From the NCBI RefSeq assembly GCF_009914755.1, contig NC_060929.1: a DNA stretch of 64,000 bases. One strand, 5' to 3'. This stretch comes from the human T2T-CHM13v2.0 reference genome, Homo sapiens. The notes below the pieces were generated by a model, which saw only the letters and a program-made list of their open reading frames with translations, had not been told where the DNA came from and did no database searches. Positions 27,020 to 41,525 of the stretch are shown here, piece by piece. The position numbers and the translations under genes were made by a program. The number at the start of each line of letters is the position of its first letter. Within the stretch, counting starts at the first letter, position 1.

Positions 27020-28260
27020 TTTAGTTGCATTTTACTGAAGTGTAACACATACAAAAATTGCATAAATTATGACTTCTCCCACCTTTTTACAATTAATTTC
27101 CAGGCGTACTATCTATGCATAACAAGTATCTAAATATTATAAACATGTTATTTTCCATTGGTAGCAATCCATTTTACTTTTTCCTAATACTTTGAAATAG
27201 GGTCTTGCTATGTCACCCAGGCTGATCTCAAACTCCTGGATTACAGGCACAGGCCACCATGCTTGGCTTTCCGTTTTCTTTCTTAATAGTGTCTTCATGA
27301 AGGAAAGTTCTACTTTTAATTTATTCTTGCATATTAATCTTTATATTTAATGCTCTTTCATGACTGCTTAACAAATTATATTTATATCCCAAATTGATTA
27401 ATATTTTTCCTACATAATAATGCTTCAGAAAGCATTATTACTTTTATTTTTACCATTATTTCAAAATTCATTTAGAATTAATCTTGTATGTTATATGATA
27501 TAGAGGTCACGTTTCATATTTTTCGTGTAGATTAAGCACCTTTTCTTGAAAAAACCATCTTACCTCTACTGCACTGAAATATCACCTTGGCTTTAATTCA
27601 ATTTAATTCAAGTGAATGTATATGTGGGTATGAATCTGTTTCTAGACCCTCTCTTCTGCTTCATTGGCATATTGGTTGTTATGCCAGTACCATACCACCT
27701 GTCTCAATTACAGATGGATTATAATTAACATTTTTTTAAATGGTTAAATAAAATGATCAAATCTAGAAACCTTTATTCCAAGATTTTTTGTGGAGTCTTT
27801 TAATATTACATTATATTATGTAGATAACATATGACTGTATTTTCTATTTCTCCTTTAGTAAATTTTGATACGGTTGGTGTTTTTCAGCAAGAAAATAAAA
27901 ATGGTACTCAATAATAATTGGATTTGCCTCAAATCTATAGATCGTATTATAACAATTGACATATTCATAATATAGAATGTTATTTAAGAAAAAAGGTATA
28001 ATATTTTATATAGTTACATCTTAAAAATTATTTCAATATTATCTTGTAGTTTGGAAGAGATGTCTTACATGTCATTTGATAGCTTTCTTTCTAGGTGTCA
28101 AAAAATTTTGATGATATTTTAGAAGGCATTATTTCTTAAACATAGTACAGTAATTTGTTGCTGGGATAAAAAGAACACGATTATATTCTTTATGCTGACC
28201 TTGTAAACAAGTGATTTTGCTAATATCCTTATTAATTTGAAGGAGGATAATATATTTTTA
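27020..28260 (-). mobile_element. Ancient L1M fragment with a short Alu remnant at about 27180-27268
   Basis: Antisense ORF2 motifs; GGGTCTTGCTATGTCACCCAGGCTG Alu remnant. Confidence 0.6.
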
Positions 28261-28289
28261 AAAATACATATTATAATATCTAAATGTTT

Positions 28290-29660
28290 TGTCTTCAATA
28301 ACAACAAAAAATTATAAGGTATTCAAAGAAGTAGGAGACTAGGACTCATTAAAAGAAACAGTATAAATGGAGAGAAATCATCCCTGAGGAGGATTAGACA
28401 TTAGAATTACTGACATAGACTTTACATAAATTTTCTTAAATGTGCTTAAAAAGCTAAAGGAAACCATGGATAAAGAACCAAGGAAAGCAGGACAATTGCA
28501 CAAAATATACAAAATAAGAATATTGATATAGATAAAAAAATTATTTAAAGGAAACAAACAGAAATTCTGGAGCTGAAAAGTAAAATAACTGAAATTAAAA
28601 TATTATTTGGGGTTCAACAGAAGATTTGAGCAGGGAAGACGAAGAATCTGAATTTGAATATACAGCAATTGTAATTATCAAGTCTGAGCATAAAGCAAAA
28701 AATGAAAAAAAGTGAACAGAAAAAAAGAGCCTATAGAATTTGTGGGACATAATTAACTAAGACAATATGCACATTTGAGAGTGCTAGAAAGCAAGGGGAG
28801 AAAAAAAGAATATTTTCAAGAATAATGACTGAAAATGTTTCAAATTTGATAGAAGACATTAATCTACACATTCAAAAAGCTCAAAAACTTTAAGTAGAAT
28901 AAGCTCAAAGAGATCTACACTAAGACACATTATAACAAAACTTTTGAAAGACAAAGACAAAGAGAATCTTAATAGCAGCAAGAAAGAAATGACTCATTAC
29001 CTACTAGGCATCCTCAATAAAAGTAAGAGATTATTTCTAATAAGAATCCATGGAGACCTGAAGTGAGTGAGATGGCATATTTAATGCACTGAATGAGGCC
29101 ATTCACAGTGGTTCATACCTGTAACCTCAGCTACTCAAGAGGCTGAGGTTATAGAATCACTTGAGGCCAGGAGTTCAAGAATATTCCGTGTAACACAGCA
29201 AGACCTCATCTCTAAAAAAAAAATTTTTTAAGTGGTCAATGAAAAGAAAACTGTCAACCAAGAATTCTCTATTCAGCAAAACTATACTTTAAAATGAAGG
29301 ATAAATTAAAATAGTCTCAGATAAACATAATCTGAGATTTGTTACTATTAAAATTGCCCTTCAAAAAATGCTGAAGGTAGTCTTTTGGGTTGAAATGAAA
29401 GGACACTAGACAGAAACTCAAGTCTATATAAAAAAATAAAAATTATAGGTATAGATAATTGCATGAGAAAATATAAAAGCAAGTATAATTGTACTTTTTG
29501 GTTTTTTAACACCACTTCATGTTTTGACAATACTTAAAAGAAAAAATGTAAAAATAATTTTAAAAATATGTTATTGGACACATAAAGAATAAAGAGGTAA
29601 TTTTGATAGCGACAATATAAAAGATTTGGTGAAATCAAAAAAGCAGAGTTTTGTATGGTA
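28290..29660 (+). mobile_element. Old L1M ORF1 region
   Basis: GAAATTCTGGAGCTGAAAAGTAAAATAACTGAAAT and CTGTCAACCAAGAATTCT ORF1 motifs. Confidence 0.75.
29097..29222 (+). mobile_element. FLAM / Alu monomer
   Basis: Single about 125-bp Alu monomer with A tail. Confidence 0.8.
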
Positions 29661-29689
29661 TTGAATCTCTAAGCTGGCTTCACTAATTC

Positions 29690-30350
29690 TGGTAATTTGT
29701 TGTCTCTCCACCCATCATTAATTCTGTTTTTATATTAGTCTCTCTAAAAATCAAATTTACCTTGTTAATTTGTCTCTGTTCATTTGTTTCCTGATTCACT
29801 AATATCTTACCTGTTCTTATCTTCATGTTTCCATTTCATCTACCATTGTAGATTTAGTATGCACTTCTTTTTCTAATTTCTTAAATGGCATAATCAGAAT
29901 ATCATGTCTCCTTTTTTATATATGTATTTGAGAGTACAACTGTGATTATATCAAGTTGAATCTTATTAATTTTTATGATACTTATTAACATCTCTTCCAT
30001 TCAAAATATTTCCTAATTTACATTGTATTTCGCCCATATAATGGATTTATCTTTTAGTAATTATCAAGTCTGAGATTTCAATGTTTTTAGAGATTCCAAT
30101 GTTTCTAACCATATTCTACTGTAGTCAGACAACATCATGTTTTATTATTTGAAATGTATTAGAGAAATTAACTTGACAGTTTTGGAAGACGTCCCATTTG
30201 CATGTGGTAAAACGGAAATTTTTCAATATTGAGATAATTTTTACATTTATAAATAAGTTTACATTGGTAAATTTTATTATATGCATCTTCTATATCTTTC
30301 ATAATTTGCATTTATTTGCTTATCTTATTAAGGATGATCTTGTTATTGTC
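29690..30350 (-). mobile_element. Ancient L1M fragment
   Basis: T-rich antisense ORF2 endonuclease-region motifs. Confidence 0.45.
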
Positions 30351-30519
30351 TTTTTTATTCTCCTCTTCAATCATTTCTTCCTTCTCCTTTTACTTATCCT
30401 CCTCTTCCTCTTCCTCATCCTCTCCTTCTATCTCTAATCCTCATAAATCTCAATGTCATGCACAAATTTGAATAGTAGAATTTCTATATATAAAGAGAGA
30501 CAGTGGGAAGGCTTATGCA

Positions 30520-30830
30520 AATCTGTCCCTAAAGTTCAGAATTTCAGAGAACCTGAGAAGCTGAAGAAAGAGGCTGACAAATTCAGTTTCTTAAAAAGAA
30601 ACATTTGGTAGGGACTAACAAACAGAAACCATGTCTATATCTCAGGTGACTGTGAGACAAGATAGGGGATCCCTGTGCCATTAGTCCCTAGACCCTGGGC
30701 TTATATATCATAGGTAAGGTGTCTGCAGGAAAAGCAAGAATACTATATGAATCTACCTAAAGACAGGATTTATGGTCAAGGTTGTTTTGGCCTAAAGATT
30801 TGTAGTAAGAATATGCCCTTATACAAGGAA
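30520..30830 (-). mobile_element. ERV1-class LTR fragment (MER93-like)
   Basis: GAGAAGCTGAAGAAAGAGGCTGACAAATTCAGTTTC...GGGCTTATATA motif recalled from ERV1 LTRs. Confidence 0.5.
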
Positions 30831-30989
30831 CAATACTATTTGCATGGATATTTTTGTTCATTTAAATTTGATAAAATTACTAATGCAGTGGGCTTAATAA
30901 TCTATAATAAAACTATTCATTTTTCTAATATAAACTTATTAGTTTGTTCTCTCATTTTAGTTCTTCTTGTGGATTGATCACATATAAAG

Positions 30990-31740
30990 GCGTACATTTG
31001 ACAGGAAGAAAAGTTTCACAATATTAATCTAAGATCCCACATCAAAAGCCTAGAAAGCAAAGAGCAAAATAAGCATAAGACAAAGGGAAGACCAGAAATA
31101 AGAATTATAGAAGAAAAAAATATAATTAAAAGCAAAACAATGATCAAGAAAATTAATGAAACAAAAATGTGGTTGTTTAAATAAGGACAATAAAATTGAT
31201 AAAGTTCTAGCACGATGAAGTAAAAAGAGATCAGAGACAAATTATCAATATCAGGACTGAGAAAGGAAAATTACTATACAAGCCACAGACATCAGCAGGA
31301 CAATTAAAAAAAACACAATTAGAAATTCTACACACCTAAATTTGAGAATTTAGATGAAATGAATCAATCCATTAGACAACAAAACTACCACTACATATCT
31401 AATACAAAAGAGATAATTTTATTAGCTCTATAACTCTAAGAGATTTAAATTTATATTTTAAAAATTCCCCAAAAGAAACCCCAGCTTACATAATTTTAAT
31501 TAAAAATTCTACCAAACATTTAGGGAAGAATTAACATCAATCATATCTCAAGAAATAGAAGAAGAGGAAACATTTTCTATTCATTTTAAGAAGCTATGAA
31601 TTTCCTGATATCAAACCAAAGATAGTATAAAATGGAAGAATACTGAACAATACCCATAATAATTACAAAGACAAAAATTATCAATAAAAATTATATAGAA
31701 TTCAGAAACATACATAAAGATTAAAACACACAAAGAATTG
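30990..31740 (+). mobile_element. Old L1M ORF2 (appears to continue at about 39000)
   Basis: ORF2 motifs (AAATTTGAGAATTTAGATGAAATG, ATTCTACCAAACATTTAGGGAAGAA). Confidence 0.75.
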
Positions 31741-31742
31741 TT

Positions 31743-32115
31743 TGATATAGTTTGGATATTTGTTCCTACCTAAGTCTCATGTTGAAATGTAATCTGCAGT
31801 GTCGGAGGTGGGGCCTGGAGCTGTTTGCATCATGGGAGTGGGTCCCTCATGAATGGCTTGGCCATCCCCTTGGTGATAAATGAGCTCTCACTCTGAGTTC
31901 ACATAAGATCTGGTTATTAAAAAGTGTATGTCACCTCCTGCACTATCTTGCTTGCTCCCATTCTCGCCATGTAACATGTCTGCTCTCCCTTCACCTTCCA
32001 CCATGATTGAAAGTTTCCTGAGACCTGCCTAGAAGTTAAGTAGTTTCCAGTACCATGCTTCCTGTAAAGCCTGCAGAACCATGCACCAATTAAACCTCTT
32101 TTGTTTTTATAAATT
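31743..32115 (+). mobile_element. MST-type MaLR LTR, 3'-truncated
   Basis: TGATATAGTTTGGATATTTG start; CCAATTAAACCTCTT near the end. Confidence 0.85.
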
Positions 32116-32117
32116 TG

Positions 32118-32356
32118 GAGACCATATATCTGACAAGGGGTTAATATCCAAAACATATAAGGAACTCATATAAGGGTTAATATCCAAAACATATAAAGAA
32201 CAATTGAATAGCAAATTAACAAATTACCCCAATATATAATGGACAAAGCAGCTGAATAGGTATTTCTCCAAAGAAGATATACAAATGGCCAAAAAATATA
32301 TAAAAATGTGTTCAACATCTCTAGTCATCAAGGAAATGCAAATCAAGACCCCAATA
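32118..32356 (+). mobile_element. Older L1MA 3' fragment, left part (continues 38077-38985)
   Basis: ...AAATGCAAATCAAGACCCCAA resumes as TGAAATATCTCCTCACACCT after the inserted L1. Confidence 0.75.
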
Positions 32357-35300
32357 ATGTAGCCCCCAAAACAAATCCCACTGCTATTGCTGCTATAATT
32401 TGCTGTGAGACCGAGGTGTGAGCTAGTCACACACCCCACCGCTTCCTACCTATGCTGTTCTCACTAGTGTGGTCTCATCCTCCCCAGTGGCAGGCCCACA
32501 GTGCAACCACCACCGCCCCCACCTGAACATTTTGCCATAACCTAGGGACCATGCTGCCCCTGCCTATCACAGCTAGTGCCTGAACACATTACCAGGGGCC
32601 TGAAGAGAAGCCACTGGCCTGGTTCTGTTTCTCCAGTACCAAGCACACCATCAAGAGGCTTGAGGGCTGTCCATTCCAATTTGCAGCTGTGGGCACCTGA
32701 ACACCACTCCTATGGTCTGAGATCAGGCTGACCCAACCTGCCAATTCCACCACAGCTGGCATCCACCCACATGTGCAACCTGTGGGCCAAGAAACTAGCC
32801 CATCCAACCCACCACAACCACCATTAACACCATTTCAGACCACTGGATTCCAGGGGGTTGCTCCACCACTGCTACTGCCATCATAAACATCATACCCACT
32901 ACCCAGGACCTAAGAACGTGCTCATATTTCCACCTCTCTGCTGCCACTGCTAGCATCCAAGAAATCCACCTGGAGGCCCAAAAATTGGCCTAGACCCACT
33001 AACACTGGAGCCACCAGACTCTGCTCTCAGGCTCAAGGACAGGCACACTCCACCTATCATTGCCACCACTGAGGCCCAAAGACTGGTCCCATTGGCATCT
33101 CAGCCCCTGGCAAAACTGCACCACAGCCTCCATAATAACATACCCTAAGAGAATGAGGAAATCAAGATATCACTGTCACAACTTACAGCCAAGGAAAACA
33201 TACAGAGACTACACTGTTACATGCACCTGTAATCAAAACTAAAATGCTCTATCCAACCAACACAACAGATACATATTTATGAAAAAGTTGTTCCACATGA
33301 AAGCAAATTCATAAAATTGGAAGAAGTATCTGTGACACCAGATGCACCAATATAAATTTAAGGACACAAGAACACTCAAAAAACAAGAAAATGTGACACT
33401 TTCAAAGGAACACAATAAATCTCCATTATTAGAGCCCAAGCTAAAGGAAATTCATTACATCCCAGACACATAATTCAAAATATTGATTCTAAATAAGCTC
33501 AGGATTCTGAAAAACAATACAAAGAATTCAGAAAAACAACTTAGGATATGAACAAAAAATAGATATTTTATATAAAAAAAATTCTGGAACTGAAGAATTC
33601 ACTGAATTAAATACAAAATACATTTGAAAACTTCAACAGTACACTAAATCAAGCAGAAGAAAGAATATTAGAACTTGAAGACAGGTCATGTGAAAGACAA
33701 AATAAAGAAAAAAAGGAACAAAAAAGAACAAGTCAAATCTTCGTGATATTTGTGAAAATATAAATCAAACAAACATTTGAATTCTGGGTGTCTCAGCGGG
33801 TGAAGAAATAACAATCACATTGGAAAACCTATTTAACAAAACAGTAAGATGAAAACTTCTCAAGTCCAGCAAGAGATGTAGACATCCAGATAGAGAAGGC
33901 AAAGAGAGCCCCAAACAGATATAACAGAAAAAGATTCTTCCCATGGTACATTATAGTGAAATTGCCTAAAGTCAAGGAAGAAAATAGGATTATAAAATAA
34001 AAAATAAAAACAAAAACAGAAAGGCATCTAGTCACCTATAAAGAAATTCCCATCAGAGTAACAGCAGATTTATCAACAGAAAACTTACAGGCCAGGAGAG
34101 GATTAGATGACATATTTAAAGTGCTGAAAGAAAACAATTGCCATTTGAGGATTATGTTTAACTATATATATATATAATATCCATCAGGACATAAAATATT
34201 CTCCAAGAAAGGCCATATGTTAGACTACAAAACAGGCCTTAATAGATTTTTAAAAATCAAAATGATATCAAATATCTCAGAACACAGCAGAATTAAACTA
34301 GAAATAAATACCAGAAATAAACTAGAAATTATACAAATGCATGGAAATGTAACAACATGTTCTTAAACAACCACTGGATGAATGAAGAAATTAAGAAGAA
34401 AATCAAAACATTTATTGAAACAAATTAAAATTAAAACACAAAATACCTAAATCTATGGATTACAGCAAAAACCATGCTTAGATGGAAATTTGAAACAATT
34501 AACACCTACATCAAATAAGTAGAAGGATTTCATGTAAACAACCTAGGAATGCACCTCAAGGATCTAGAAAAGCAAAAACAAATCTAACCTGAAATTTACA
34601 GAAGGAAAGAAATAATAAAAAGTGCAGAGCAGAACTAAACAAAAATAGAGGCTAAAAAAGCAATACAAAGTATCAACAAAACAAAAAGTTCTTCAAAAAA
34701 ATGAACAAAACTGATAAACCACTAGGTAGACTAACTCAGAAGAGAGAAGATCCAAATGGTCGAAATTAGAAATGAAAATGGAGACATTACAACTGATACC
34801 AAAGAAATACAAAAGATTATCAGAGACTATTATAAGCAACTATATGCTGACATCTTGGAAAACCTAGAGGAAATGGATAAAATTGTCTAAATAGACAACC
34901 TACTAAGACTGAATCAGGAAGAAACAGAAACCTTAAATAAACCAATAATGCTTAGTGAGGCTGAGTCAGTAATAAAATGTCTCCAAACAAAGAAAGCCCA
35001 GAACCACATGGATTTGCAGCTGAATTCTATTGAACATATAAAAAAGAACTTGTAGCATTCCTCCTAATACCATTTTTTAAAAATTGGAGAGAAGGGAACT
35101 CTCTCTAATTCACTGTAAAAGGTCACCATTACTCTGATATCAAAACCAGGCAAGGACACAACAACAACAAAAACTAAAACTGAACAGTATGCCTGATGAA
35201 TACAGATGCAAAAATCATCAACAAAATACTGGGAAACAAAATTAAACAGCACGTATAAAAGATAACACACCCTGGCCAAGTGATATTTTTACCCAGGAAT

Positions 35301-36885
35301 GTAAGGATGGTTCAATATATACAAATCAATAAATGTGATACAGCACATCAACAAAATGAAAGACAAGAAACATATGATCATCTCAATTGATGCAGAGGAA
35401 TGTATTTCCCAAAATTTAGTGTCATTTCACGATTAAAAATCTGAATAACCTAGGCACAGAAGGAACAAAAGTCAAAATAATAAAGGTGATAATTGACAAA
35501 CCCAAAGCTAATATCATATTAAGTGAGAAAAAGTTGACAATCTTTACTCTAAGGTATAAAATGAGTCTAGTATGATCACTTTCACCACTCCTATTCAATA
35601 GAGTAATTAAAGTCCTAGCCAGAGCAATCAGGCAATAAAAAGAAATAAAAGAGGAAATCAAATTGTTCCTTTTTATGGCTAACCTAATCTTTTATATAGC
35701 AAAACCAAAATATTCCACCAGAAATCTCTTAGAACTGATAAACAAATTCAATAAAGTTGCCGGATACAAAATTAACATACAAAAATCAGTAGAATTTCTA
35801 TACACCAATAAAGTAAACAAGGCAATCTCATTTACAATAGTTACCAAAAAAAATACATAGGAATAAATATAACTAAGGGGGTGAAAGATCTCTGCCAGTT
35901 AAACTGCGAAACACTGATGAAAGAAATTGAAGAAGATACAAATGGAAAGAGATTCTATGCTCATGGATCAAAAGAATAAATATTATAATGGTCATACTGC
36001 CCCAAACAATATATAGATTCAATGCAATCTCTATCAAAATACCAACATTATTTTTCACAGAATTAGAAAATACAATTCTTAAATTTGTAGAGAACAAAAA
36101 AGGATCCCAGGTAGCAAAAGCAATCCTGAGCTAAAAGAACAAAGCTTGAGAATGACACTACCTGACTTCAAATTATATTACAAGACTAGAGTAAGCAAAA
36201 CAGCATGTCACTGATATAAAAACAGACACATGGACCAATGGGAAGAATAGAGTCCAGAAATAAATTCATATATTTACAGCCAACTAGTTTTCAATAAATG
36301 CACAAAAAACATACAGAAGAATGGGCACCTTTGTCAATAAATGGTTCTGGGAAAATGGTAGATTCATAGGCAGAAGAATGAGAGTATTCTTATCATTTAC
36401 CATATATAAAAATCAGCAAAAGATTGAATCAATACTTAAACATAAGACCCAAAACTATAAAATTACTAGAAAAAAATATAGGGAAAACCACTTCAAGGCA
36501 TGAGTATAAGCAAAGATTTCATGGCTGGGACATCAAAAGCATAGAAAACAATAAAAATATTAGACAATGGAACTATGTTAAATTAAATAACTCTGAACAG
36601 CAAATGAAAACAATCATTAGAGTAAAAAGATAACCTATTGAATGCGAAAATATATTTTCTAACTGTATGACAACAGACTAATATCCAGAATATACAAGGA
36701 ACTCAAACAATTCAATAATAAAAAACTAATAATCCAATTGAAAAGTGGGCAAAAGACATGAATACATGAATAGGCATTTCTCAAAAGAAGACACACAAAT
36801 GGCTCATAGATATATAAAAATTCTCAATTTTCCTAATCATCAGAGAAATATAACCAAAACAACAGGATATATCAACTTACCTTGG

Positions 36886-37465
<580 letters not shown>

Positions 37466-38076
37466 CTATTCACAATAGCAAAGATAAGGAATCAACTTAA
37501 GTGTCCATTGATGGATGAATACATAAGAAAAAAAAATACATATATATATACATACATACATATGGAATACTATTTGGCCATAAAAAATAATGAAATCATG
37601 TTATTTGCAGCAAAATGAATGGAACTGAAGGTCATCATGTTAGGTGAAATAAGTCAGGCACAGAAGAACAGATACGTATTGCATGTTCCCACTCATATGG
37701 GGGAGCTAAAAGAAAAGTTAATCTTATGAAGACAGAAAATAGAATAATAGATTCCAGAGAGTGGAAAGGGTGTGTGGGTGGGAGGGGGATACAGAAAGGC
37801 TGGTTAATGAGTACAAAATTCAGTTAGATTGATTAAATAAGCCTGCATTTGGGATAGCAGAGTAGGGTGACTATAATTAGCCACAGTGTATTGTATATTT
37901 AAAAGTTGCTAGAAGACAGGATTTGAAATGTTGCCAACACATGGAAATGAAAGATATTCAAGGTTATGGGTACTCCAAATACCCTGACAATCATTACACA
38001 TTCTGTGAATGTAACAAATACTCACATGCACCTCATAAATATGTAAAATGTTTGTTTTCAGTTAAAAAAAAAAAAA

Positions 38077-38985
38077 ACCTGATGAAATATCTCCTCACAC
38101 CTACTAGCATGGCTATTATCAGAAAAAGAATAAGTGTTGGTGAGTATATGGAGAAAAAGGAACCCCTGCACATTGGTGGTGGGAATGTAAATTGGTGCAG
38201 CATCTATAAAAATTATATGGAGGTTTCCCAAAAAATCACAAATAGAATTATAATTTGATTCAATAATCCCACAATGGATGTACATCCAAAGAAATGAAAA
38301 CATGGATATCAAACAGAGGTCTGCACTGTGCTGTTCATTGCAGATTTATTTACAATACTGAGCTACAGAAACAACATAAGTGTCCATTGATGCACTAACA
38401 GATAAACAAATTGTGGTACATACACACACTGGAATATTACTCAGCCTTAACAAAAAAGCAAATTTTGCCATTTGTGACAACGTGGATAGACCTGAAAGAC
38501 ATTATGCTAAGTGAAAAAAGTCAAACACAGAAGGACAAATACTACATGATATCATTTATATATAGAATCTAAAATAGTCAAACACATAGAAACAGAAAAT
38601 AGAATGTAATTGACAGGAGCTGGAAAGAAAGGGAAATGGGGAGACGTTGGTCTACTGGTACAGTTTCAGTTATGTGAAATAAATAAGACCTGGAGATTTA
38701 CTATACAACTTAGAACCTATGGTTAATATCATATTACTGTATGCTTAAAATATTGCTAAAAGGTAGATCTTATTTTAACTGCTCTTAATGCAAGAGGAAA
38801 AGAGAAACACAAAGGTGGTAGGAAGAATGTTTCGGAAGTTATGGATAAGTTTATGGCATTGATAGTGATGATGACTTAATGGTTTTACGGATGTATACTT
38901 ATCTCCAAATACATCAAATTGTATATATTAAACATGTAAAGCTTTTATATGTAATCATATATCAACAAATCAGTTAAAATTAAAT
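38077..38985 (+). mobile_element. Older L1MA 3' end, right part
   Basis: Complete L1M 3' UTR motifs ending in an A-rich tail. Confidence 0.8.
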
Positions 38986-40376
38986 AAATTACATAACTAC
39001 ACAATTTTTAAAAAATCAATTATTTACCATGACCAAATGAATGCAAGACTAATGTAATGTTTTAATACCAATCAGTGTAATCCAACATGTTAACAGTCTG
39101 AAGAAGAAAAATCAAAAGATTTTATCAATCATTGAGAAAATCATTTAACAAATATCAGCACTGATGATAAACATAAAAAACTCTCAGGAAAACAAAAATA
39201 GCTGGGATTTGCTCAACAAGGTAAAGAATATCTACCAAATTTATTTTGTTCATTTTACTCCATGGTGAAATACTGAATGTTTCTTTTCTAATATTAGGGA
39301 CAAGTCAAAGATGTTCACTGTCAGCACTGTTCAACATAATGCTAGAAATTTTAGCCAGCAGAATAAAACGAGAAAATAAGAGGAATATAGATTGGAAAGG
39401 ATGAAATAAACCTGTTTCTCTTTGCTGTTAACATGGTTATCTACATAGAAATCTGAAGAAGTCTAAATGAATTTTTATTATATATATATGCATATATATG
39501 TGTACATATACACATAGATAATTAGCACTCAGTAAGGTTGCAGGACACAAAACTTGTATCTTATACTGTAGCAATAACTACATAAACACAGAAATTAAGT
39601 ATACAATACAATTTACTGTCACTCAAGGAAAGGAAATACTTTGGTATATATATAACAAAACATGTCCAGGAAGTGCATGTTGATAAAACACAATACCGAT
39701 AACAGCATCCAAATATCTAAATAAATGAAGAGGTGCACTCTGCTAATGGATGGGGAAAAGTGATATATTAAAGGCTCCAATTCTCCCAAAATTGAAATAA
39801 AGGTTTAATGCAATTCATATTAAAATCACAAGTACCTTGTAGACATAGACAAGATTACTGTAAAATTGTAAGGAAAGACAAAAGGAATTAGAATAGCTCA
39901 TACATGTCTATCCAAATTCAAGACCTATTATAAGGATACAGAAATCATTATTGGTTGAGATATTGACATATAAATCAATGGAACAAAAGAAGGAACCTAG
40001 AAATACACCCCCAAAATATATCCAACCAAGTTTTGACTAAAGTAATTCAATAAAGGAAAGACAGCCTTTTCAAGAGATGGTACTAGAAAAATTAGAGCTG
40101 CAAAGGGTAAATTTAAAAAAAAAAAAAAAAAAAAAACCTTGCCTAGGTCTCATGCTTTCTAAAAATTACTTAAAATCAATAATGTACTTAATGCAAAACA
40201 TAAAACTATAAAACTTTCAGGAAAAAAGTAGGAAGATATATTTGAAATCTAGAAGCAAATAAATGTTTTTAAACTTGATACCAAGGCATGATACATAAAA
40301 GAAAAAAATTATAAATTGGACTTCAAAAATTTAACTTTTGTTTCATAAAAGCCCCTGTTAAGAAGACGAAAAAGGC

Positions 40377-40422
40377 GGGCCAGTGGCGCAATGGATAACG
40401 CGTCTGACTACGGATCAGAAGA
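40377..40422 (+). pseudogene. tRNA-Arg(ACG) 5' fragment, tailless retropseudogene
   Basis: GGGCCAGTGGCGCAATGGATAACGCGTCTGACTACGGATCAGAAGA matches the first 46 nt of human tRNA-Arg-ACG as recalled; no T arm or 3' acceptor strand; flanked by direct repeats. Confidence 0.92.
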
Positions 40423-41110
40423 CGACGAAAAAGATTAAGCTACAAAGTGAAATAAAATATTTTCAAATCACATATTTAACAAACACCATGTAGAATACAT
40501 AACAAATTCCCAAAACTCAATATAAAACAGCCAAAGGGTCCAATTAGAAAATGAGCAAAATAAATGAGACTTTTTTCAAACATAATATACAGAAGACAAG
40601 TACATGAAAATATGTTCAACATCATAGCTATTTGGAAAATGAAAATTAATATCACAATCACATATTAATACACATGTAGCTAAATAGTGAAAATTAAAAT
40701 TAACTAATTAACTAAAAATATAGCGATAGCACCATATTCTGGCAAAGATGTGGAAAAAACTGGATCACTCTATATCACTGGTTGGAAGGTAAATAGTAGA
40801 AGCACCTTGGAAAAAGAGACTGACCATTTGTTAAAACAGTAGTTAAACCTTTAACTACAAGATAACCAATAATTGCACTATTGGATATCTAACCCAAATA
40901 ATGAGGAATTATTTCCTGTATCCAATCATTGTCTGTACTCAATTACTGACATATTTAATTATTGAAGAATTATATTATTTACCTAGGAATTATTAACGCA
41001 TATTAAAATATTTTAGTGGTCTTATTAATAATATGCAAAAGCTAGAAACAACACAGATGCCCTCCAATGGATGAATGCTTAAACAAAGTTTGGTATATTT
41101 AAACCATAAA

Positions 41111-41525
41111 TTTTTTTTTATTATTATTATACTTTAAGTTTTAGGGTACATGTGCACAACATGCAGGTTTGTTACATATTTATACATGTGCCATGTTGGT
41201 GTGCTGCACCCATTAACTCGTCATTTAACATTAGGTATATCTCCTAATGCTATCCCTCCCCGCTCCCCACACTCCACAGCAGGCCCCTGTGTGTGACATT
41301 CCCCTTCCTGTGTCCATGTGTTCTCGTTGTTCAATTCCCACCTATGAGTGAGAACATGCGGTGTTTGGTTTTTTGTCCTTAGCAAAGACTTGGAACCAAC
41401 CCAAATGTCCAATAATGATAGACTGGATTAAGAAAATGTGGCACATATATACCATGGAATACTATGCAGCCATAAAAAATGATGAGTTCACGTCCTTTGT
41501 AGGGACATGGATGAAGCTGGAAACC
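41111..41525 (-). mobile_element. 5'-inverted (twin-primed) L1PA
   Basis: Antisense 3' UTR with poly(T) at 41111-41380 joined to a sense upstream segment at 41381-41525; TSD ACCATAAA at 41103-41110 and 41526-41533. Confidence 0.92.

Noticed and set aside
40377-40422. Functional tRNA-Arg gene
   Set aside because: Lacks the T arm (B box) and the 3' acceptor strand, so it cannot form a cloverleaf.
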